From assembly GCA_037386545.1 (NCBI GenBank), contig JARRLY010000006.1, positions 24,773 through 88,772 on the forward strand: a DNA stretch of 64,000 nt, given 5' to 3'. Both the position numbers and the translations under genes were made by a program. The stretch comes from Candidatus Bathyarchaeota archaeon. Its GTDB lineage: Archaea > Thermoproteota > Bathyarchaeia > Bathyarchaeales > Bathyarchaeaceae. This document shows positions 37,425-47,189 of this stretch, in pieces (positions within the stretch are counted from its first letter, which is position 1; each line of letters begins with the position of its first letter). The notes under the pieces were generated by a model that saw only the letters and a list, made by a program, of their open reading frames with translations, was not told the origin of the DNA and ran no database searches.

Positions 37425-37925
37425 ATGGAAACAAAATTTGACAATTTGCCCTTACTAAAGTACCTCGAAGACCACGGAGTAACCCTCAAAGACTTACTTG
37501 ACACTGCCTTGGAAATGCACATTCCCCATCCCGGAATAGAAACCCGCGACCAAGCTGCCGAGTTATTCAAGGCAGGATTTTACGAAGCCCTAACCGACGT
37601 TAATGTTGCAGTTTTGGAAGTTGCCTGTTTCCGAGCTGAAGAGGATGGACAAAACGGTTTGATTCCATTGCTTCCAGCAGAGCAGTTCAAAGGTCGCCCC
37701 GGACTTATTGTTGATGAATACCTAGGAATGACCATTGCAAATTACATTGCTGGTGGTCGAGCAATCTTTGAGTTCATCCGTTACGATCAAGCTAAACCCG
37801 GAATATTAAGAAAACTTGGACCCATAGCAAACGATGCCATTGGTGGCTTGATTTCGGGTGTGTCGAGTCGGGTTTATTCTGGAGCTTTAGAAAAACAGAA
37901 AATGTTAGAGTCAGAAAAAAAGTAA
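37425..37925 (+). CDS. PgpA/CobZ-like phosphatase-domain protein
   Basis: 'FEFIRYDQAKPGILRKL....NDAIGGLISGV' resembles the PgpA C-terminal motif. It is divergent from the CobT-like gene. Confidence 0.45.
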   Translation: METKFDNLPLLKYLEDHGVTLKDLLDTALEMHIPHPGIETRDQAAELFKAGFYEALTDVNVAVLEVACFRAEEDGQNGLIPLLPAEQFKGRPGLIVDEYLGMTIANYIAGGRAIFEFIRYDQAKPGILRKLGPIANDAIGGLISGVSSRVYSGALEKQKMLESEKK

Positions 37926-38344
37926 CCCCAACTTGGGATTTAGAAAAAAGGGGACATCGAAAGTTTTAGTCTTCGATGTTAATTATGATGTTTGTGATTG
38001 CGATTTGTCCCGCTTGGTTTGTTAGCTTGTACGCTGCGGTTATGTAGATTGTAACTTCTTGTTTGTTTATTGGTTGTGCTTGCAGAGCATGAATTGTTAT
38101 GGTTTCGCCAGCACTCATGTAGCCGCTTGTCATCAGTTCTTCGCGAGTTAATACCTCATTGTTTACTGTCTAATCTGCTGGCAAGTGCACTCGGATTTTG
38201 TCGTTTCTGGTGTTAAGAATTAGTTTGTTGTCTGAAATGGCAACAACTATGCCTTCCAAGAAAGAATACACAATACCAAGTCGAAAACAAAGATTCAAAA
38301 AAAGAAAAACGACGTTAACAACGCAAGCTGTACGTTGTTTAGTC

Positions 38345-38830
38345 TTATTCTTCTGCTGCTTTTTCGAGGTATTTGAGGGATAAGGGTTTTAGAGTGCGTT
38401 CTTTGTCGGTTGCCATCAGAAAGCTTTGTACGTCTTGAAGGTTGTCTGCTAGTTGTGTTTTTAGCTGGTCAACGAATTTGGAGTATCCAGAATAGTTACG
38501 ATGGAAGGACAAAACTGAAAAATCCATTCCAAAACCTTCGCCACTTGCGGCAAAAACAACGTTTGCGTTTTCCATAGCCCATTTCTTTGCTTTTTCAGTT
38601 ACTTCAACTGAACCTTTGGCTTTGACTAAGGTCATTGCCATGATTTCAAATCCCAATTCAGTCCAATCGGGTATGATTGTGTAATCGACTATGGCTTTTT
38701 TCTCCAGCCTTTGTCTCATTCGTGTGATGGTTGGTTGTGAGACTCCGATGATTTTTGCGATTTCCCTGTCACTTCGTTTCGCGTTTTTCATAAGCTCAAA
38801 CAAGAGTCTGAGCATTCTTTTCTTCATCAT
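38345..38830 (-). CDS. Lrp/AsnC-type HTH transcriptional regulator
   Basis: 'LLFELMKNAKRSDREIAKIIGVSQPTITRMRQRLEKKAIV'. Start moved to ATGATG at 38830. Confidence 0.75.
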   Translation of the reverse strand: MMKKRMLRLLFELMKNAKRSDREIAKIIGVSQPTITRMRQRLEKKAIVDYTIIPDWTELGFEIMAMTLVKAKGSVEVTEKAKKWAMENANVVFAASGEGFGMDFSVLSFHRNYSGYSKFVDQLKTQLADNLQDVQSFLMATDKERTLKPLSLKYLEKAAEE

Positions 38831-39024
38831 AGCTACAGATTCATAAAACAGCCAAATATAAACATTATGCATAAATGTTAAGCACATATATGACTTAAAT
38901 ACACAAAAAAATCCACAACTTATTATATACCAATAAACATTAAAAAATCTAATTTTAAGTTTGTATGCCAATACTTTTTTGTTTACAAAACGTTAGCTCT
39001 TCAGAGTCTTAAAAAACAAAAAGC

Positions 39025-39804
39025 TTACATAGTAAATTTTTCCCCACCCACCAAAATTCGCTCCAAAGCAGAATTAAGCTCAATTATTCCTTGATTGGTT
39101 CGGGCAGAAACAGGCACCAACTGAAAATCCAAACCTAACTGTTGAATAACGTGGACCATGTCTCTACTCAACAGCATCCGAGTTCCGTCCAGTTGTTCTT
39201 CAATAACCGCTTCTAAAATTTCAGGATCAATTGACCACTCAACAATTCGTTCAGCGTCTTCTGGAGGCAACAAATCAAATTTAGAAAGCACATGCAACTG
39301 TGGGAAAAAGAACCGATTATAAACCGCAGAAGCCAAAAACATGTTTGAAACATAATTTAGAGGATTAAACGAAAACACAGAATCAAAAAGGTACACGATT
39401 GCTTTTTGGTCTTGGGTTAACTCGTTTGCAATGTATGGTCCGCTTGCTCGAAAAGCAAACAACTCCATTTGTCCAGGAGTGTCCACAAGAACAACGTCGG
39501 ATTGGAGGGTTTCGATTTCTCTTCCGATATTTGTGGCTTCTTCAGCTATTAGGTCTGATGCCAAAACCAATGCACCGTTAGGTCCAAGCTGGTAATCTTC
39601 CATGATTTGGTTAATGTCAATTTTGTTTCTGATGTCAATGTCGGGTTTGTAGGGCATGTTTGAAACCCCAGGGTCCAAGTTTACTGTAATTGATTTTTGT
39701 TTTTGGAATTTGAGTAACTCATTCAAAGACGCAGTAAGAAGCGACTTTCCCGACCCCGCAGTTCCAATCAGAAAAATTACAACCACATAAACACCATCCA
39801 ACAT
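39025..39804 (-). CDS. GPN-loop GTPase
   Basis: 'GTAGSGKS', 'NLDPG', 'GPNGA' and 'DTPGQMELF'. Confidence 0.85.
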   Translation of the reverse strand: MLDGVYVVVIFLIGTAGSGKSLLTASLNELLKFQKQKSITVNLDPGVSNMPYKPDIDIRNKIDINQIMEDYQLGPNGALVLASDLIAEEATNIGREIETLQSDVVLVDTPGQMELFAFRASGPYIANELTQDQKAIVYLFDSVFSFNPLNYVSNMFLASAVYNRFFFPQLHVLSKFDLLPPEDAERIVEWSIDPEILEAVIEEQLDGTRMLLSRDMVHVIQQLGLDFQLVPVSARTNQGIIELNSALERILVGGEKFTM

Positions 39805-39864
39805 GAAACATATGTGAAGCCATATTTTCGTCAGAGCATATATTAGTTGTCCGTTTCAAGGCTA

Positions 39865-40627
39865 CTAGTCTTCAAGTTTTGTAAGCTTTATTGTTCCGCC
39901 TTTTTCTTTAATCATTTCAGTAAGTTGAGAAAGGGCCTTGTTAACACGGTTTTTTGCAGCTTCAGAATCCTTGGCAGTAGTAGAAACATGAAACTCAATA
40001 ACCGGAGTGGTTTCTGCCCCTCTTGGATGAGATTTTATGTAAACGTAAGGATTGTCTTTCATTAAAACATCCACAGATGGTGCCATTTCTGACTCCATAA
40101 CATTTACATATGCCTTTCATTTCAGAAGGCACTCCCGGAAGAGCAAATATGGTAACCTCTTTGTGCTTTATCATTACCCCAGGGGCGGTTCCAACCGGAT
40201 TAGCAACTGGTTCAGAGCACTCAGGAATTTTAGCCATCTTCACTCGATGAGACGTCAACTTGATTTCTTCCACTTTGGTTTTTTGGGCGTAGATACGATA
40301 TTTTTCTGTAACCATCTTCAAGGCTTGATCGTCAACTATGGTTTGGCAACCTAAAGCTTGGGCGAGCCCTTCTAAGGTCATGTCGTCAAAAGTTGGACCC
40401 AGGCCACCTGTGGTTAAAACAAAAATGGGTTTGCGTTGGATTGCTTCTTTTATTGCCATTGATATGTCAGGGAGGTTGTCCCCTACAACAGTAACACGTT
40501 TAACGGTTAAGCCTAAAGCGGTGACACGCTTCGTCAACCATTGGGCATTGGTGTTTAGGGTTTTACCTATGAGTAGTTCGTTTCCAATGCAGATTATTTC
40601 TACAAACGGATTCGTTATGTCCCCAAC
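39865..40627 (-). pseudogene. CinA-like / MoCF-binding domain gene lacking a canonical start and split by a frameshift
   Basis: The conserved N-terminus 'VEIICIGNELLIGKTLNTNAQW' is in frame with an upstream TAG, and no ATG/GTG/TTG precedes it. The frame switches near 40110-40117 ('PGVPSEMK' in one frame, 'MESEMAPS...VYIKSHP' in another). Confidence 0.7.
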
Positions 40628-40750
40628 CTAAGAAACTGGTTAATTAAACTACTAAAAACAAAGAAATAACTGCTTTGATTAGAGATCAAAAAAGAAAAAG
40701 AAAAGCATGTAGACTAACTAATCTTTCAAAACATTAAGTTTTTTCAAAAT

Positions 40751-40957
40751 TTATTTTTTCTTGCTGAGGTACCACTTTAGGTAATCCTTTCTCTGTTGTT
40801 TGTGTTGCTCCTCGGCAGTTTCGTAACTGGGTCGGTTTTTTTCGCGCAACTCGTAAAGCTCTTGAGGAGTAAGAGAAAGGCCACAACTCTTGCAAACATA
40901 ACGTTTTGTACGGGAAACGTAATGCAATTCGCCACCACATTCAGGGCAATATCTCAT
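40751..40957 (-). CDS. Small zinc-ribbon protein
   Basis: 'CPECGG....CKSCG' followed by a basic tail. Confidence 0.55.
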   Translation of the reverse strand: MRYCPECGGELHYVSRTKRYVCKSCGLSLTPQELYELREKNRPSYETAEEQHKQQRKDYLKWYLSKKK

Positions 40958-41098
40958 AGTTTTCGCCTTTTCAGTTCATGTTCATACGTTACTATATAAA
41001 GGTAGATGCTGGAAAAAGGATTTCTGTTTGAATTCTTTCATAAAAGGGAAAAAATATACAAGAAAAAAGGAGTATAATATTTGTGAGGTAAACAAAGT

Positions 41099-41353
41099 AT
41101 GGCAGTAGCAGGAGGAACAACTGCAGCGGTTATTGCAGCCCAACACACTAGCTCATATCGGGTTAAATTCAAAAGAAAACAGTTTCTAGAACTAGTAGAA
41201 ACCGCAAAACCAAAAATAATCTACCAAACTGGAAGAATGCATTTTTTCGCTTTTGATGGATTTGTAATGTACACATTCGAATGCAAAGATTCAGACTTTA
41301 AACAAAAGGTTTTACACGCAATCGAGTTCTCCAACCAAGCATGGAACGAGTGA
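41099..41353 (+). CDS. Hypothetical small protein
   Basis: ORF track only. Confidence 0.3.
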   Translation: MAVAGGTTAAVIAAQHTSSYRVKFKRKQFLELVETAKPKIIYQTGRMHFFAFDGFVMYTFECKDSDFKQKVLHAIEFSNQAWNE

Positions 41354-41446
41354 TCAACCGCTTAAATAACTGAGGAAAAACAACTGTCGTTTCAAAGTTT
41401 TCACATTTATCCTAAAGCACCATTCGATTTCGATTTAAATTGCAGG

Positions 41447-42292
41447 GTGTTTGGATATCCAAAACCAATGCCTGAAGTCTACAATAACGGCATCTGGAGA
41501 CGCGCAGCTAAATTAGATTCTGGTAAACTTGTTCCAATTGACTTGCAGTCTTTGGGCTCAATCCAAAAACCAAAAATTAAGCTCCAATATTTTGGCGAAA
41601 CTTTAGATGATAATGAAACAAAGGATTTAACAGCAAAACTTGAGAAAATTTTTTCCTTCGGTCAAGATTTAACTGAACTTTACAAGTTTATGGAAGAAAA
41701 CAAGAAAATTGCAGACCTAAAAAATCGGTTTGTAGGCTTGAAAGCAGTAGGATTTGGGGTCACTATTTTTGAGTGCTTTATTAAATCTATTATTCAGCAG
41801 CAAATTTCCATTAAGGTTGCATATTCTATCACGAACAAGATGGTAACAAGATTCGCAGAAAAAATGCAAGTAGATAAAACGATTTATTATGATTTTCCAA
41901 CTCCAGAAAAGTTTACTGAAATTACTCAAGAAGAAGTCAGAAACTGTGGAGTAAGCTGGCGTAAAGCCAAAACCATCAAAGAGATAGCTCAACAAGTAGT
42001 GAATAAACAATTTGATGTTGAAGGCTTGGTTTCGGTTTCAAATGAACAAGCAACTAAAACATTAAAACAGTTCCATGGTGTGGGAACATGGACTGCTGAA
42101 ATGGTTTTGTTTGCAGGTTTGAAACGAAGTACTGCGATTCCAGCAGGTGACCTTGGAGTTCGAAGGACAGTTTCCAAGTTTTATTCTGAGGGAAAACTGC
42201 TTTCAGAGGCTCAAGTTCGAAAAATTGCTGAAAACTGGGGAGAATTCACTAACGATATTGTGTATTACATTTCCTGTATCGAAAGAACGTGA
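41447..42292 (+). CDS. HhH-GPD DNA glycosylase (AlkA-like 3-methyladenine glycosylase II)
   Basis: 'LKQFHGVGTWTAEMVLFAGL.R....PAGDLGVRR' HhH-GPD motif with the catalytic Asp. Confidence 0.8.
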   Translation: MFGYPKPMPEVYNNGIWRRAAKLDSGKLVPIDLQSLGSIQKPKIKLQYFGETLDDNETKDLTAKLEKIFSFGQDLTELYKFMEENKKIADLKNRFVGLKAVGFGVTIFECFIKSIIQQQISIKVAYSITNKMVTRFAEKMQVDKTIYYDFPTPEKFTEITQEEVRNCGVSWRKAKTIKEIAQQVVNKQFDVEGLVSVSNEQATKTLKQFHGVGTWTAEMVLFAGLKRSTAIPAGDLGVRRTVSKFYSEGKLLSEAQVRKIAENWGEFTNDIVYYISCIERT

Positions 42293-42355
42293 ATAACAAG
42301 TGCTCAGATAGATTCATATGCCATTTCGTTAAAAGTAAAATGCGTTTATCGAGGC

Positions 42356-43636
42356 ATGATAATGAAAAAGTCTCAGATTTCAGGTTTTTACAAGTTAACG
42401 CCCCAAGAGCGCATGAAACACGTTAAAGAGTTCGCAGGGTTAACCGACGAAGAAGTGGAAATACTACAGTCCACTGGCGCCTTGAAAATGGAGCTAGCCG
42501 ATGTAATGATAGAAAACGTCATAGGAGCGTTTTCGTTGCCCCTTGGAATTGCTATGAACTTTGTAGTTAACAACAAAGAATACATGATACCCATGGTAAC
42601 CGAAGAGCCCTCAGTTGTTGCCGCAGCATCTTACGGTGCCAAAATGGCCAGAAAGAAAGGGGGCTTTTTCACAAGCAGCACGGACCCTATGATGATTGGG
42701 CAAATCCAAGCAGTAAATATCCATGAGCCTTTTGGAGCAAAAATGAAGATACTATCCGCTAAAGATGAAATTCTCAAAAATGCAAACGACCAAGACTCGA
42801 TTTTGCTTTCTGTCGGTGGTGGAGCTAAAGATCTACAAGTTAAAGTAATCGACACAAAAACTGGCCCCATGGTAATTACAGAACTTTATGTTGACTGCCG
42901 AGACGCAATGGGCGCCAACGCAGTAAACACCATGACAGAAGCCATCGCCCCCATGATAGAAAAAATAACGGGCGGACGAGTTTACCTGCGAATTCTTTCT
43001 AATCTTGCTGTTAAGCGGTTGGCTAGGGCATGGGCAATCATTGCAAAAGAAGCTGTGGGCGGAGAAGACGTAGTTGATGGAATAGTTCAAGCTTACAATT
43101 TTGGTGTGGTAGATCCCTTCAGGGCATCCACCAACAACAAAGGAGTAATGAACGGTATAGTTGCTGTGGTTTCAGCAACCGGAAACGACCACCGAGCAAT
43201 TGAATCTGGTGCTCACGCGTTTGCTGTTAGAAATGGACAGTACACTAGCTTAACTCATTGGGAAAAAAATAGCGACGGTGACCTAGTAGGTTCAATTGAA
43301 CTGCCCATGGCCATCGGAATCATTGGTGGAGCAACAAAGGTTCATCCAACTGCTAAAGTTGCTTTGAAAATTTTAGGAGTAAAATCAGCCAACGAGTTAG
43401 GAGAAGTGTGTGCAGCAGTTGGTTTAGCCCAAAATCTCGCGGCATTACGTGCTTTGGTTAATGAGGGAATACAAAGAGGACATATGAACTTGCATGCGCG
43501 GAACTTGGCGATTACTGCTGGAGCTTCAGGAAAACTAGTTGAAATGGTTGTGGAGCGCATGGTTAAAGAAAAACAAGTTCGGATGAGCCGAGCTAAAGAC
43601 ATTCTAGAAGAATACAAACAGAAGGGAAAACTGTGA
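42356..43636 (+). CDS. hmgA: Hydroxymethylglutaryl-CoA reductase, class II type
   Basis: 'ENVIG', 'TEEPSVVAAAS' and 'DAMGANAVN'. The ~426-aa soluble architecture without membrane domains matches class II enzymes. Confidence 0.88.
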   Translation: MIMKKSQISGFYKLTPQERMKHVKEFAGLTDEEVEILQSTGALKMELADVMIENVIGAFSLPLGIAMNFVVNNKEYMIPMVTEEPSVVAAASYGAKMARKKGGFFTSSTDPMMIGQIQAVNIHEPFGAKMKILSAKDEILKNANDQDSILLSVGGGAKDLQVKVIDTKTGPMVITELYVDCRDAMGANAVNTMTEAIAPMIEKITGGRVYLRILSNLAVKRLARAWAIIAKEAVGGEDVVDGIVQAYNFGVVDPFRASTNNKGVMNGIVAVVSATGNDHRAIESGAHAFAVRNGQYTSLTHWEKNSDGDLVGSIELPMAIGIIGGATKVHPTAKVALKILGVKSANELGEVCAAVGLAQNLAALRALVNEGIQRGHMNLHARNLAITAGASGKLVEMVVERMVKEKQVRMSRAKDILEEYKQKGKL

Positions 43637-44507
43637 TAGTTGTTCCAGGTCCAAGCGCCCAAAAACTAGGCAAAAAAGTTGCTGAAGGCCTTAATGCAGA
43701 AACAGTTCAACTTAATGTCAAAGCTTTTCCGGACGGCGAATACTCGTTACGTTTTGATGGTGATTTAACAGACAAGGAAATTATTGTAGTTCAAACCACG
43801 GGAAAGCCGCAAGACACTAACCTTATGCAACTTTTGTTGACTTTGGATGCTGTGAAAGATTTAGGTGCAAAAAAATAACTGCAGTTGTTCCGTATTTGGC
43901 CTTTGCCCGACAAGACAAACGTTTCTTGGCAGGAGAAGGAGTTAGTAGCAAAACCATAATCAAACTAATTCAAGCCTGCAACATCGACAAATTTGTTACT
44001 GTTAACATTCATGCTAAGGCTGTTTTAGACTGGTTTTCAGTTCCTACAATGAATCTTTCAGCCATAACTTTGCTAGCACAAGACTTCAAGAACAAAGGAT
44101 TCGATGGTGCATTTGCCTTGTCTCCGGATAAAGGAGCCATCAAATTAGCTGAAGAAGCAGACAAAGTTCTTGGCGGGGGTTGTGGTTGGTTGCGTAAAGA
44201 GCGTGACCGTTATACGGGTGAGATTCAAGTTGAAGAAAAACGCCTCAACGTAGAAAACAAAGACGTAATCGTTTTTGACGACATAATCAGCACCGGCGGA
44301 ACAATCGCCCGAGCAATAAAGATGCTCAAAAGCCAAGGCGCACGAAGAGTCTTTGCAGCTTGCGTTCACCCATTGCTCATTGGGGAAGCAAAAACCAAGA
44401 TTATGAACGCTGGAGCCGAAGAAATTGTGGGCACCGACAGCATACCCAGCACAGTTAGACAAGTATCCCTTGCACCCTTGATTGTGGAGGCATTGTCAAC
44501 CAGATAG
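43633..44507 (+). pseudogene. prs: Ribose-phosphate pyrophosphokinase interrupted by a 1-nt frameshift in an A7 run
   Basis: The N-terminal fragment ends 'DLGAKK*' and the continuation 'ITAVVPYLAFARQDKR' is in the next frame. PRPP loop 'VIVFDDIISTGGT'. Eight A's instead of the observed seven (43869-43875) would restore the frame. Confidence 0.85.
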
Positions 44508-44518
44508 GTGCCAAGTAC

Positions 44519-45409
44519 TTGGAGAAACTTTCCATCAAAACAAGGTCAGCCATGACCCGCATTTGTTGCAAAGAAATCTTTCATTGTAACGCAACCGTAG
44601 AAGAAATTGTAGACAACATACGTTCCTTTGTGAGCAAATTCATTAATAGCGAAAGTTTCGCGGCTAGAGTTCGAAGAATAAAAGGCACAGCCCGAGAAAT
44701 TGACCGAGTTTGGCTCGAAGGAGAAATTGGGGCAACAATCCTTGAGACTGTTTCATCGTCTAAAGTTGATTTGTCGAATCCACAAAAAACCTTCTTTGGG
44801 GTTTTGACAAATAACAGGTTTGTTTTTGGTTTGAAAATTGCGGAAATCAACCCTAAACAGTTCTTGGAAAGAAGACCCCGAAAAAGGCCCTTCTTTCATC
44901 CGACTGCAATGCAAGCTAAACTTGGACGAACAATGGTTAATTTGGCTCAGCCAAAAACTGGAGATTTAATTTTGGACCCCTTTTGTGGAACAGGAGGAAT
45001 GCTCATAGAAGCAGGTCTAATGGGTTTTCGGATTATTGGATTTGACGCAAAACCTCACATGCTCCGGGGAGGAGTAAAAAACATCAAACATTTTGGAGTA
45101 GAAGCTGAAGGCTTTGCCATAGCTGATGCTCGTTGCCCACCAGTAACTAAGGTTGATTGCATAGTTACAGACCCTCCCTACGGCAGGTCAGCAAGCACAT
45201 TAGGCGCAAAAACCCGATACATTGTAGAAGACTTTCTAGCCGGAATTGGAGATTCGTTAAGCAAGGGCGCCAAGATTTGCATGGCAGCTCCAAAAAAGAT
45301 TCACATAAGCGAAACTGCAGAAGCGGCAGGCTTTAAGCATCTGGAATCTCATTTTGTTTATGTTCACAGAAGCTTGACCCGAGAAATCGTAGTTTTTGAA
45401 AAACTGTAA
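44519..45409 (+). CDS. THUMP-domain tRNA (guanine-N2)-methyltransferase (Trm11/TrmG10-like)
   Basis: 'ILDPFCGTGGMLIEA' motif I and 'VTDPPYG' motif IV. Confidence 0.75.
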   Translation: MEKLSIKTRSAMTRICCKEIFHCNATVEEIVDNIRSFVSKFINSESFAARVRRIKGTAREIDRVWLEGEIGATILETVSSSKVDLSNPQKTFFGVLTNNRFVFGLKIAEINPKQFLERRPRKRPFFHPTAMQAKLGRTMVNLAQPKTGDLILDPFCGTGGMLIEAGLMGFRIIGFDAKPHMLRGGVKNIKHFGVEAEGFAIADARCPPVTKVDCIVTDPPYGRSASTLGAKTRYIVEDFLAGIGDSLSKGAKICMAAPKKIHISETAEAAGFKHLESHFVYVHRSLTREIVVFEKL

Positions 45410-45482
45410 CAAAACTTGAAGGCGTAATCAAATAAGCCTAAACCAACATTACTGCGTGTAAAGATAACTGGGGCAAACAAAG

Positions 45483-46394
45483 GTGCAGATAACGTTTCTT
45501 GGAACAGGGGCAGCAATTCCAACAGTTGAGAGGGGTTCTGCTGCGATTGCTATTCGAAGAAAAAACGAACTGATACTCTTTGATTGCGGTGAAGCAACTC
45601 AACGGCAAATGGTGCAAGCGGGGGTGGGTTTTCATCGTAAAACAAAAATTTTTGTTACTCACATGCACGGGGATCATATTTTGGGTTTACCTGGGCTTTT
45701 GCAGACAATGTCCCTTCTAGCCCGAAAAAAGGAGTTGCAAATTTTTGGTCCAAATGGCATCAAAGATTTTGTAGAGGCAATAAACCAAACTGTTCCGTAT
45801 ACGCTCACATTTCCTTTAGAAATTTTTGAAGTTAAAGCAGGGTTAGTTTGTGACGAAAAAGAATACCAAGTAACAGCTGTTGATTCTGGTCACATGGACC
45901 CTGCGTTATGTTACGCTTTAACAGAAAAGCCCCGACCGGGCAGATTTAACACAAAAAAAGCCAAAGAGTTAGGTGTTCCTAAAGGTCCGTTATGGTCTGA
46001 GCTACAATCGGGAAAACAGGTTACTCTTCCTGATGGAAAAGTAGTAAAACCTGAAACTGTTGTTGGGGCTTCTCGTCCGGGAAGAAAAATTGTTTACACC
46101 GGAGATGCAGGACCTTCAGAGCCGCTAGTTGAGTTAGCAAAAAACGCTGATTTGTTGATTCATGAATCCACTTTTGAAGATGCCTTGCAAGAAAGGGCAT
46201 TAAAAGACAGGCATTCAACCCCGACAATGGCTGCGCAAACAGCTAAGCAAGCAAAAGTCAAACAACTGGTCTTAACCCACATCAGTGCCAGATACAAAGA
46301 CGCCAATCAGCTATTAGAACAAGCAAAACAAACCTTTTCTAACACGATTTTGGCTCAAGATTTTTTGCAGCTAGAGTTGCCTCTTAAGGACTAG
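45483..46394 (+). CDS. rnz: Ribonuclease Z
   Basis: 'ITFLGTGAA.P', 'LFDCGE' and 'THMHGDH'. Confidence 0.9.
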   Translation: MQITFLGTGAAIPTVERGSAAIAIRRKNELILFDCGEATQRQMVQAGVGFHRKTKIFVTHMHGDHILGLPGLLQTMSLLARKKELQIFGPNGIKDFVEAINQTVPYTLTFPLEIFEVKAGLVCDEKEYQVTAVDSGHMDPALCYALTEKPRPGRFNTKKAKELGVPKGPLWSELQSGKQVTLPDGKVVKPETVVGASRPGRKIVYTGDAGPSEPLVELAKNADLLIHESTFEDALQERALKDRHSTPTMAAQTAKQAKVKQLVLTHISARYKDANQLLEQAKQTFSNTILAQDFLQLELPLKD

Positions 46395-47173
46395 GCAAAA
46401 AGTTTGTTGAGATATTGTATGCTTTCTTGGGGATGGTCGATTGATTCAATCATCAACAGTTTATCATATTGAGCTATTTTGACGGCTTTGGCAAAATTTT
46501 GCCAATCTAACGTGCCATAACCGATTCCTAGGTGCTGATCGCTAGTTCCTTGGTTGTCGCTTACGTGCATGTGAATAATTTTTTCCTCGAACTGCTGTAT
46601 GAAATCAGTAATTTGGTTATTCAAATTAGCATGAGCCACATCTAAAACCATGCCAATGTCGTCATCCAACTCACAATAGAATCTGTCAAATTCGTCCACA
46701 CTTTTCATTAACGCTGGAAATGGTTCAGGCATATTTTCGATTGCTATTGTTACGCCTTCTTGTCTAGCAAGTTTTAACAAACTGTGAACAGAATCCAAGT
46801 TTAGTTGCCAATCTGTTCTAGGATAAAAACGGTCAAGACCGCTCCTAAACCCGGCATGGAACAGCCACAATCGGCACTCTAACTGGCCAGCAAGAACAAG
46901 AGATTGGCGTAAACGTTTCAAAACTGCTTTGCGTAAAAATGGGCTAATAGTTGCGATGTTTACTCCTGCCCATGGAGCATGAACAACAAAATCTAGGTCA
47001 TGGTTGTTGGCGATTTCTTTGAGTTTTTTTATTCTGGTTTTTGTCAGGGCATGGAGGCCTTCGTCGGTTAATTCTATATGTTTTACGTCAAGGTCAGGCA
47101 AATAAAGTAAAACATGTTTGAAGGGTTTATCCAAACAGTGAAGCATCGACAAACCAATTTCAGGTTTAACCAT
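46391..47173 (-). CDS. Sugar phosphate isomerase/epimerase (xylose isomerase-like TIM barrel)
   Basis: 'HAPW', 'FHAG' and 'HMHVSDN' family pattern. Start moved to the internal ATG. Confidence 0.7.
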   Translation of the reverse strand: MVKPEIGLSMLHCLDKPFKHVLLYLPDLDVKHIELTDEGLHALTKTRIKKLKEIANNHDLDFVVHAPWAGVNIATISPFLRKAVLKRLRQSLVLAGQLECRLWLFHAGFRSGLDRFYPRTDWQLNLDSVHSLLKLARQEGVTIAIENMPEPFPALMKSVDEFDRFYCELDDDIGMVLDVAHANLNNQITDFIQQFEEKIIHMHVSDNQGTSDQHLGIGYGTLDWQNFAKAVKIAQYDKLLMIESIDHPQESIQYLNKLFA

Positions 47174-47189
47174 AACGGGAACCTTTCTG

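Noticed and set aside
37335-37434. The long versions of the divergent CobT-like (start 37434) and PgpA-like (start 37335) ORFs, which overlap each other by 100 nt.
   Set aside because: The N-terminal extensions are not family-like (Thr/Cys/Leu-rich). Internal ATGs at 37305 and 37425 give the expected protein lengths and a normal divergent promoter gap.
38170-38172. Reading the in-frame TAG in the small minus-strand frame as pyrrolysine.
   Set aside because: TAG is used as an ordinary stop in this window (for example aIF2-gamma). No pyl genes or methylamine methyltransferases are present. A nonsense mutation or two separate short ORFs is the simpler explanation.
38198-38383. A plus-strand 61-aa ORF (MSFLVLRISLL...) between the PgpA-like and Lrp genes.
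   Set aside because: It is antisense to the more protein-like minus-strand frame, its tail is low-complexity, and it overlaps the 3' end of the Lrp gene.
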